Notes under the pieces: generated by a model
Told to the model about the DNA's origin: nothing
Seen by the model: the letters and a program-made list of their open reading frames with translations, nothing else
Database searches by the model: none
Origin: Chrysomallon squamiferum
Lineage: Eukaryota > Animalia > Mollusca
Length of the DNA: 64,000 nucleotides
Assembly (NCBI GenBank): GCA_012295275.1
Contig: CM022673.1
Span: 5,704,001-5,768,000, forward strand
Direction of reading: 5' to 3'
Translations under genes and position numbers: made by a program
Part shown: positions 53,637 through 64,000 of the stretch, in pieces
Numbering within the stretch: the stretch's first letter is position 1
How the letters are laid out: the number at the start of each line of letters is the position of its first letter

Positions 53637-54977
53637 GTTAGTCTTTCTCTCTCTTTTTCTCCCTCAGAAACAAAAGCAATCATACAACTAAAAAGTCTCA
53701 ATATTATGCATTCCAAGGTGGTTTATTAAATGTAATATAAAGTATATGAAAAATAAAATATAGGTATTCCGGACGATTTGCGTTTCACATTCTTCTGATC
53801 GGTAAAAAGCGCACCATTCTCGAGATTGCGCAAGGCAAATCAGCACTTCATTCGTATCACATACCCCGTATCGTGTTGTTCATCACCATCATTTTCATGT
53901 TGTTAACTTTCCATTTGGGAAGGGAAGGACCCCGTTAATTCTTCGCAACACAAAAAGGCAGTTAAAATATATTGTTAAATTACACCTGTTATCTCTCCAG
54001 TTGTAGATTTAATTTTTTTTATTCCACCCTTCGACACTGCAATTTGTAATCATAAAAATAAAAAAGTATGACTTCAGGCGCAACACTCAGTGTATATAAA
54101 AAACAATTATCCAGTTTGTTCTGTGATGTTTACAATTCTACAGTACCCATATATACTCTGTAATAACATTTTCTTCTCCTAGCCAAAAAATAAACTCCCA
54201 CCCTGTAAAATGATGATAACAATTTGATGCGCTAAACTGATTTTAAGCATTGAAAACACAGACATAATTTATTTTGCTAAGAAATGATTTGCTGTCTTCT
54301 CTTCTTCTTCTACCTAATTCCTGTTGAATGTTTCCCCAGCGGCAGCATATAACTGTTAAATAAAATATACCTGTAAAATCTGAATTGCCAGTCTTATTTT
54401 TATTTATGTTTGGGACCCACCAGTACCCGCGAATTTGAGGGACAGTTTTTTTTATGCACTGACCTACAAATACGTTACATTTGTAAAATCAAGGACAGAC
54501 ACAGATATCATAGAATATAACTAAATAAATATAGAAACAGAATTTGAAAAACATTAAATATATAAATTTAATATTTTATGAGATTAAATTTAATGCAAAT
54601 AACAAACTTGGCATTCCATATGACACTAGTCTAGATGTTTTCTAAAGCGGGACCGAACTTATGTTTACAGCTGTTCCCTTAATTTTTTGATTAGGCCTAG
54701 GACAGCGTAGGGTCAACAAAAAAAAAAAAAAAAAAAATGCGATTTCGCGGGATCGTAAGAATGCGCAGCGCTATCTTAAAATGGCGCATCTATATGCGTA
54801 TCTTTTTATGATCAAGTGAGATTGTCCCGAAGAGTTTCCAGACCTAGCAAAGTAATTGTTAGTTCTTAAATCTAAAATAATAATGCTTATCTGCAGGTGT
54901 AAATTTAAATAACTAACGTTTTAAGTGGGTGATTATCAGAAATAATTCCCAAGAGTATGTAAATACTAGTATATTAA

Positions 54978-55034
<57 letters not shown>

Positions 55035-55044
55035 GATAAAAAAG

Positions 55045-55084
<40 letters not shown>

Positions 55085-55612
55085 ACAACAATATAAATCA
55101 ATAAATAACGTACGGGATACACTCAACCACTCGCTGCATTTCATGGTCTTAAACTCTTTTATGTACTTACTGTATTAATGTAATTATTATGACGAAATAC
55201 ACAATCTCAATAACATGAGACAAATCGTGAAAAAAAAAAAAAAAAAAAAAAAAAATAATAATAATAATAATAATAATAAAAATTAATAAAATGTCTCTTA
55301 CAAAATAAAAAATGTACATATAATGTACTATTACCATCCAATTACTAAACGCTTGTTGTCCTCATCGTACTTTTGAAGATAAAACACAACGTTTACATTC
55401 ACTCACCGACACCTGATTATGAAGTAAAATAATTAAGTACTTTCAGATATCTCTGATCCGTTGCTTTTAAAAACAAAATAAAATGGACAAAACAGAAATC
55501 ATACATGACAACGACCTGTTTAGTTGGCATACTGGCTTGGATATGTACGTACTTGGGAAGACACTTTTTTTTTTTTTTTTTTTTAAAAACAAAACAATGG
55601 ACACTTTATAAA

Positions 55613-56716
55613 TTACGCATTCTCTGTAAGCAGATCGTGCAGCTGATCTTCAGGAATATCTCTCCCAAAAAGCTTCAGGATTTGCAAAATTCTGTCGTCT
55701 GTTATGTAGGACAAGTCAATTGTAGTTACTCTGTGCTCTAGGAGGAGGTCGCCGAATTCTTCTGCAGGCACGGTCATGATGTCTTTAATTCTCACAACGG
55801 GCTCAATGTTGACCAGCGTCTTGGCACCTGAAGTAAAGCGGGGCACTACGCGAGATTTTCGTCGGTCTATCACCTTCTCCTTCTTGCCTGGATGCAGAGA
55901 CGTGACGTGTTTACGGACATTTGAGCGGCTAAACGAATCGTAACCGCAGTAACCACATTTGTAGGGTCTCTCGAACGACATGTGCGTCGCCACGTGACTA
56001 CTGAAATCCTTTTCGTCAGAGGCAATGTAATTGCAGCATCCACACTTCAGAGGCGATGACTGCAGTATGTCGCAACTGAGATAACGAAATGTTCCGTGCG
56101 ACGCTAGGTGTCTCCTGTAGAGATACAGTGAGTTTTCCCTAAAGGAACATCTATTGCAGCAGTAATTTAATTTTGCTCTTTGTTTAGAGGCTGAAAATTT
56201 AAGAAAAAAATAAAAATAAAAATAATAATAAATAAAAACACATGAAAATAGTTTTTACAGTCTTCTTTTTTTAATTCTCAGTGAGAAAAGAAAGGCGAAA
56301 ACTACAAAACACGCGTTTTTCACCTATTGCGTGACAATTTTAGAAAGATTTAAGATACTAAATACAGCAGTGTGAAATTATATCTAACAAAAAATCTAAA
56401 AAAAAAAAAAAAAACTTAAAAAAAAAAAAAAAAGTTTATCTAACAACGTCATATTGTATATAATATTTTGTGGGAATGTTGAGTAGCATTAGAAGAAATA
56501 AAACGTATCACTGGAACTCTTAAAACTGCTCATGATTTGGTTTACCATTTATCTGTATACTTAAATAAACTAACCTGAATTCAAGGTTTATAATGTGTTA
56601 ATAAAGAAAAATGTCAGGAACGTGGAATAGATACTTCAGTTAGAATTGAATTCAGGTTAGTTTATTTAAGCATAGAGATAAATGGTAAACCAAATCCTGA
56701 GCAGTATTAAGAGTTC

Positions 56717-56750
<34 letters not shown>

Positions 56751-59700
56751 GTAGTATTTAAGTTCGTACCTGTATTCGTATCACTCAAATCAGATCCACT
56801 AATGTCAGTCAATGGTTTTTTGTCACGTTTCAGTTTTTTTGGCACTGGTTCTGAACTCTTGTCAGATGTTGTTGAAGATGAATTTTTGATCAAATTCTTT
56901 TGGCTTTTAATCACTTGCGTGTTGTTCAAGTTCACAACAAATCCTATTTTTTTGCCATGTTGTAATTGTTGATGTTTGATGACTTTACTTCTGAAAAATA
57001 TGAAACGACAAAAATATTATTTTTTTTTTTACTCTAAAAACCAAATTCGACATTCAGTTGAAGACTTAATGAATTATTTGATTCTATGATTGTTATAGAA
57101 AAAAGAAATACTAAAGAAAACAAACAAATAAACATACAAACACAATAAAAATTCATAATATATTACTCTGAATACTCTTACAGCAACCTAAAGAGGATGC
57201 ACCTTTGTTGCTAAAAACAATAATCCTGTTTGATGTTAGATACCTTAAACGGTACCCGTGTTTATCCTACTGTTGCTTTAGTGCCTTGTGGTCAGTCTCT
57301 GCTAATAAAACAATACAGTAAACCTCGCCCAAGTCGTCTGCTTTTAAGTCGTCGAAGTGTGTAAGTTGTCACCTTAGCGAAAGTCGAGATTTTCTATAAC
57401 TTAATTTTATTTCCAATAAAATATCCCTAAGTCGTCACCTGACGCTTGGTCCGAAGTAAACAAACCACAGTTAATTTCTAGCTCTAAGTTGTCAGTAGGG
57501 AATCCCTCGGCAACTACTGTTATATACATCATACACACACATGATTTCCAGGAAAAATTAAAGCTATTGGCATGGATGTAGACAGGCGATATGCACTGGG
57601 ATATTGATATGCACGTAACTTGTCAGGTGTATGGGTGGGTTGAATTAACATATTTTGGGAAGCGGCGTTCATGAAAGTGACTTTTTTTTTTAGTATAAAA
57701 AATGGCGACTAGCGGAAAGAGACGGCTAATAACCAATTCTTATAAGAAGAAGTATGAAATAATTAAAAATTGGGAAGCCAGTCCTGGCGAGAAAAAGGGA
57801 TTCAAGATTTCCCGCACAACAACAAATAACATTTTAAAAAACAAATCTAAAATGATCCACGTCATCGAGAAGGGTGAGCATCGCGATTCAAGAAAAGGCA
57901 GTATGACTTTTGAAGATGTTGATTCCGCACTAATTAAAGGGCTAGCCGTGAAATTCGTATCAATAGTGAAATGCTACTTCAAAACACAGGAGGCTTTGCT
58001 GAGCAACTTGGTCACGAGAAAGGCGAGAATCTTAATGACAGTTGAACTGATCGTTTTAAGGAAAGGTTGGGAATCGGAAAAGTGCTTAAAGCGGACCAAT
58101 CTGGCAGTGTTAATACAGCAGCAGTTGAAAAATGGAAAACAGAAAAACTGAAGGACATTCTTCAGATATGAACCACAGGACATACATAACGCCGATCAAC
58201 TGAGGATTATTTTGGCCTCTTCAGAGAATAGTCATTTTGCCGACTTACATCTACAAATAGTCATTAAGACCAGTTATGTCGTCAGAAGAATATTGGTCCC
58301 AAAAGTGACGACTCTGGCGAGATTTATTTTATTACAATAAAATATTTCTTTCTCGACATTTCACCTTTTGTGCTGAGCAGTGGCATCATCACATGTCAAA
58401 TTATACTGGATATTTCCGTTTCTTTATTGAACATCCTTAAGCTTTACCTTTTTGTAATTCTGCGACAGGATCATTACTTTAAAGGTTCTCGGTATTTCTT
58501 TCTTTCCAGTACGCTATAAGCAATGACCTAACACTTCAACCACCAAGTGGCAAAACTGCAACGTTCATTAGATGGTAATTCTTAATGACCATTTTACTAG
58601 TAAACATTGGGCGCCATACTCATAGAACAAAATAGATGAATCGATAAAGTAGTTAAACTATTATTTTGTACCAATGCCATTGTACTGAATGGAACAATCA
58701 TTTAGTACCATATCTCTGAGATTATGTCCTAAACATCATGACTTTCATGTAAGAGATGTTGCTACAATCCAGAGCACAGATAATTCTGTATTGTCTATTA
58801 GAACTGTTGGTTTATATTTATATTCAACAGTTACCTTATCTCTCCAGAGCTGCTTCACTTTCACAAGCACTGTAGCTATAATCTCTGACTCCAATTTGAC
58901 CATTTCTCTTTCAGCAATGAGGAATTCCCCATCTTCTATTTTTGTAAAGTACAGCACATCAATTGTGCAAAAACCACACCAAAAAAAAAAACAACAACAA
59001 AAAACCACCAAAAAACAATATCAGAATAATTCAGTCTAATATCATCCTTCTTTCCACTGTGTTTCTGATTAGCTATTTTTATTACTCATACCCTTCCACA
59101 GTGTATTTCCATCTATTTCCATACATTCAGAAAAACTGTCTTGCTGTCTTTATCAGACTGAGATGAACGTACAAAAAATAGCTAAGAACATATTATGTGG
59201 GTGGAGGTTTTGCATCTGTTATATTCTCCTGTGACAATAAGTAGCAGTTGCCAGATTTTGATATCTTCTGCCTTGCAATTTAATTCAAATATTTAATGAA
59301 TAATTTATGGGTGAAAATTATTTCATTCATTTCCTAAAATAAACATGATTTTCCAAACCCAAATATTTGCTGCTGATTTCTTAATTCTGGAACTAAGAGA
59401 CATAAATGTAACAGAACAAGAGAGCTAAAGCAGATGACTAGATCAGAAAGATGGGCTATTTTTGTACAAACATTTTAAAATGAGTAGTAGTAATAATAAC
59501 AAAACTTTGTAACTGTCTCTTTATATTAGTTCATTAAATTAAAAACAAATTTCACATTTTATTTCTTACTGGATGGTTAGTTTTGTGGGATCAGAGCTGG
59601 AAAAATAAAATTATAAAAATAAGCACCGTTCTGATATCACTTCATGTGTGTGTTCTGATTCCAAATGCCTATTATACAAGTAATAATAATATATATATAT

Positions 59701-62700
59701 ATATATTTTTTTATAAATAAATAAATAATAGTAATAATAATAAAAGATGTAAAGACATATAATTACCTTTTATTAGATCTTTTGTTGCAATAACCACAGA
59801 GAAAACCTCCTTTGTAACTAACTGCCTTCTTTTTATTTTGAAACACTGCACCCGTCATAGAGCATATTTGTCCCGTTTTTTCATCTATCCAGTACCGATA
59901 TTTCTTTGAAATAGTATGATGTTTAACACCATAGTGAATCTTCAGACCCTCCAAATTGAATGTTCTCTTGTTACAGTGAAAACATTTGAAATGTTTGTTC
60001 CTTCTACCTGCAGAGATGTTCGAGCCTGCTGTTTTTTTAAAAGGCAGTTTTTTACATTTAATATTTACTTTTAAAGGAAATTTTTTATTTTTAACCTGGT
60101 CTTTGATGGAAATATTTTTTAGTTTCTTATCTGTTTTAGCAAGATGTTCCAAATGTTTAAGCATTTTATTAGCAGGCACATTTTTATTGGCTTCTTTAGC
60201 ATGTACAGCTTGCTTTTCTGAACTTGTGAAACTGTGAAGGCAGAATTTACATTTGCTCTGCTTATCAAGCACATTGTCCAGTAGATGCTGTTTCGTTACT
60301 GAAGTATCAGTGCCTTTAAAATCACAATATTTGCATCCGTATTTGATACATTCATCACCACCAGCTCCAGTATTCTTCTTAAACTCTTCAGTGAAGTTAA
60401 CTTTGTCCACCAAAAGATCACTATTGGTCAAAAGACACTCTTGTGGTTGTTCTGTTTTTGTACACACATCTGAACTTTGAGTTTTTTGCTTCTTTGTTTT
60501 ACCCTTCTTGGAAAGCATAAACAGGACTTGTGGAAACTGGGTTTCTAATCCACTCAATTTATTTGCATCACATTGTGTTTCTGAGTCATCTTGACTTTCA
60601 TTAAACGTTTCCACACCATTTTTCTTTAAAATTGGACAACCTGTATTTGATTTTGAAGTGTCCAGTTTATTATTTGTAAGTAATGTTTCTATTTTGCCAA
60701 AGCTGATTGACTTTTCTTTGGGTGCAGGATTAATCTGATGCGTCACAGTTGTTACTGGTAATTTTGTGCATTCAGAAAAACTGTGTTTCATATAAAACTT
60801 GTGTAATCTGAGTTTTTTTTTTTTAGTTGTCTTCACATCTGCAGATATTTCCGGCTTATCTGAAATTAAACCTTCCTTCTGATCTTCCAATGGGGTTTCA
60901 TCAAGTGGAACAATCTCAGTAGGAATGTTGTTCTTTCCAGATGGTACTTCTTTAAATAATAATTTCAATGGTAAAGATTTGTATTTGTTACATTTATCTT
61001 TATGGAAAAAGTTCATGTGTCTTTTCACTGACTTAATATCTGTGTACCTTGCAGAACAATGGCTACACTGAACATATTTTAAAATCCCATGTACCTTCTT
61101 TAAATGATTGGCAAATGTTTTCTGTTTAGAAGAACATGTAAATTGGCACTTTAAACACTGAAAATGTATACCTGACTTCAGTTTCTTTTTTGTAGCAACC
61201 AATCTATTATCATCACTGTTTGAGTTAATCAAATCAATTTGTATCTGTTGTGGAGTCGTCACAGCTACTTTATTATTCATATCATCTGACATTTCCGGAG
61301 AATCTATATCAGAATAATCTTTATTACAGATGTATTCTCCGTCATGAACACCATCATTATTGTGGTTATTATTAGTTTTTTTCTTTTTATAATTTTCTTC
61401 AGCAGAACATAAACTTTCATCATCACAATCATCAGGTCTATAGATTAGACCCTGCACATTTTTTTCATCCACACTGCTATCACATGGATCAAGATATTTT
61501 TTGTTTTTCTCTATAGCTGAATCTGGAACCAAATTTCCATGGGAGAATTTTATTTCAGGATTATGTTGATTATTGTCTATACAACAAGCAGAATCTATAC
61601 TAGATTTCATAATCCTTAATTTTGATGAAGCCATCCCTTCGTCATTGTGCAAATATTTATCTTTGGTTTTGTTTTCTTTGGAAGTGGCATAGTTGATATC
61701 ATCAAATGAATTGTTTTGGCTTGCGTCATAAGTTACATCTGAATCAGTAGACTCATCACTAATGTCACTGTATAAATTTGCGAATGCTTCAAATGGACTG
61801 TTCTTTTTCCAGTCTGGGTCATCAACTTCATTATTTTCCATGCTTTCATTAGAAGCCTGATTTTCTCTGGAACTGGCATCAGTATTGAAGAAATTATTTT
61901 TTCCGTCATCAGATTTTGTAAGTGAATCCAAAGATTCATCACTAATGTCACTATATAAACTCTGATTACTAGTGGATAATACTTTAAATAAACTGGTTTG
62001 AATGGGACTATTTTCTTTCCCAGTAGTATGATCAATATCTCCACCACCATCACTGTCTTTGCACATTTTGCCTTCATTTCTAACATCAGTAAGATCGGTT
62101 AAATATGTTTCTTTGGTTTTGTAATTTGCACTAAAATAAACAGATGATTTATTTTCTTGGTTTTGATTTATTGGCCTATCTTTAACCTTAGTACTTTTTC
62201 CATTGTTGTAGTGTAAATTCAAATTTGTATTCTTATTCATAGACGTTATCCCATGTTTAGTATCGCCTTCAGTGGAAAACAAATTTTTACTGGCTTCCTC
62301 AATACGTTCTGTTATTTCATTATCATTATTTTCTGGGGCAACATTATCACTTTCATTATTTTCAGAAGGATTATCATTATGTTTGTAATTTTCAGAAACT
62401 TTATCATTATGTTCATTATTTTCAGAATTAGCTTCACTGAAAATTACTTGAGATGGCTCTACAGTTCTTGTTTCGGAAGACTTTCTATGCCTGTTTTTAG
62501 ATAAAGAATTAATATTTATTGTGTTAGCCTGCCTTTTCAGTTGCCCTAATTTGTCAGTGTAATTTTCTTCCTCAAATGTACGAGTATCAGGGAAAAAGGC
62601 ATGAGGTTTTTCAGTGGACCCCACTTTTGAACCTACATTAGTGGTGATGACATCTGCTGGTACTGAATGTGTGCTATTTAATCCACTATTAACAATCCAA

Positions 62701-64000
62701 GGATGTTTATGAAACATATGAGTTGTAATCTCCTGCAGAGATTCAACTTGTATTGGAGATTTTGAGCACTTGTACTTATCTTTTGTACTATGATGTTTAA
62801 AAATATGTGTACGTACACTGCTAACTGACAGAGCCATATAATCACAAAACCGACATTTATACTTTCTTAAACCACCAACTACTTTCTTGGTCACATCTTT
62901 CTTTTTTCCCATTTCTGAAGAACTAGAAACTTTCACTGTCTTTCTATTTTTTGAATCAGTATCATCCAGTGTAATATTTTCTGGGTTTTTTCTTTTTTGT
63001 GTACTGCTTATTTTATCTGGTGAGGTACATGACCTTTCAAAGAAATTCTTGACTGCTTCAGCAATATCAACATCCAAATAGTCAATTTTCAGTTGCATCC
63101 CAGCATGATTAATTTTCATATGATCAGCAACATCTCTATCTGACAATGCTTTATAATCACAACAGGAACAGCCAACAAGATTAACATCAAGATGTGACAG
63201 AAGATGTCGATGAACTGAATATTTTGTACTCAGTTCATCTTTGCATATCAAGCAAACTAATTTCATCCTTCTATTCACTTCATAAAGACAGGTTAAGAAC
63301 ATGTCCATATCATCATTACCAAGTATCAGCTTCTTTTTCTTTGTATTTGGGTTATGAAGTAACAAAGCTTTAGTAGGTGAGGGACTACTGTTCACAAAGG
63401 CTTTAACTGAAGATTCAATGTCAACATTCAGAGGCAAGGCAACAGATATTTCACTGGGATGCTGGTCATACATATGCTGTAAAATTTCATTTTCCTCAAA
63501 ACCCTCAAACCAACACAAGCTACAACCAAACAATGCAATTTTCAAATGATTTTTCAATATATGCTTATTCATGAGAAATACAGAATTGCATTTGGTTTTG
63601 CAAACAAGACATTCAAAATACCAATCCAAGCACTTGTAAAAACATTTTAGTTTTTCATTCATTTTATTACTGGAAAGTGGACTATTGTCTAATGGAACTT
63701 CAATATTTAGTTTCTTTGAATTTTGTTTCTTGTTCTTGTATTCAGAAAGTTTGTAGAGGAAATTATTAACAGGTTCAACAACTCTTTTAGAAGAAGAGTG
63801 AATATTTTTAGCATGGTTGATCATCACATATCTTCTGTTGTCTTGAAAATCACAAATTTTACATTTCCAGAGATACAATTTTAGATGATCTAAAATGTGA
63901 TGATGAAGAAGTGTTTTCTTTGAGTACTTTTTAGAACATGTAGAACAGACAAATGCATGTCCTGCAGGTCTATAAAATGTTGCTAATTCTCTGTCAAGTT
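55613..64000 (-). CDS. Large multi-C2H2 zinc-finger protein, 5'-partial; exons >64000-59767, 56990-56749, 56190-55613
   Basis: Many C-x2-C-x12-H-x3/4-H fingers. The frame stays open to the window edge (CSTCSKKYSKKTLLHHHILDH upstream of the track start). The finger FLCGYCNKRSNK|RSKVIKHQQLQH is completed across the 59767/56990 splice. The last exon adds three fingers ending ERPYKCGYCGYDSFSRSNVRKHVTSLH. Introns GT-AG, phases 2 and 1. Confidence 0.9.
57316..58329 (+). mobile_element. Tigger/pogo-like (Tc1-mariner superfamily) DNA transposon, internally deleted, non-autonomous
   Basis: 23-bp TIRs CAGTAAACCTCGCCCAAGTCGTC (57316-57338) and GACGACTCTGGCGAGATTTATTT (58307-58329), TA on both sides (57314-57315, 58330-58331). 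The ORF at 57702 resembles psq/CENP-B HTH domains (KKKYEIIK...ISRTTTNNILKNK...FEDVDSAL) and a shifted frame gives YEPQDIHNAD, the start of the DDE domain. Confidence 0.85.
58345..58950 (-). mobile_element. Possible decayed Penelope-like retroelement end
   Basis: Minus strand GTGATGATGCC-N16-GGTGAAATGTCG resembles the hammerhead motif CTGATGATGCC...GGCGAAACGTCG of Penelope repeats; upstream peptides FKVMILSQNYKKVKLKD and MFNKE loosely resemble a GIY-YIG C-terminus. Confidence 0.35.

Noticed and set aside
1091-63081. Antisense or alternative-frame ORFs overlapping GH105, P4HA, SDR and zinc-finger exons
   Set aside because: Shadows of real coding exons, with no independent motifs.

Overview
AT-rich animal (invertebrate, probably lophotrochozoan/mollusc-like; not provable from this window) genomic DNA with spliceosomal introns, microsatellites and homopolymer runs. 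Left to right: (1) 3' part of a spliced GH105-family unsaturated glycuronyl hydrolase, a mainly bacterial/fungal enzyme family; (2) an intact prolyl 4-hydroxylase alpha (P4HA) gene with an intronless CDS and two decayed local copies (one frameshifted, one internally deleted), with mosaic identity and a remodelled peptide-binding groove; (3) a 4-coding-exon RDH/HSD17B6-type short-chain dehydrogenase on the minus strand between copies 1 and 2; (4) a complete 22-exon DPY19L1-like C-mannosyltransferase (714 aa by manual splicing), whose exon-19 splice donor has been amplified into a 60-bp tandem array with 14 GTAAGT copies; (5) a non-coding ~5.2-kb unit present three times in tandem (34942-50689); (6) a tRNA-derived SINE-like relic; (7) the 3' part of a large multi-C2H2 zinc-finger gene (minus strand, runs off the right edge) whose intron holds a Tigger/pogo DNA transposon with TIRs and TA target duplication, next to a possible Penelope-like relic with a decayed hammerhead motif. 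No prokaryotic systems (CRISPR, operons) are present. All exon boundaries and alignments were read by eye; no searches were run.
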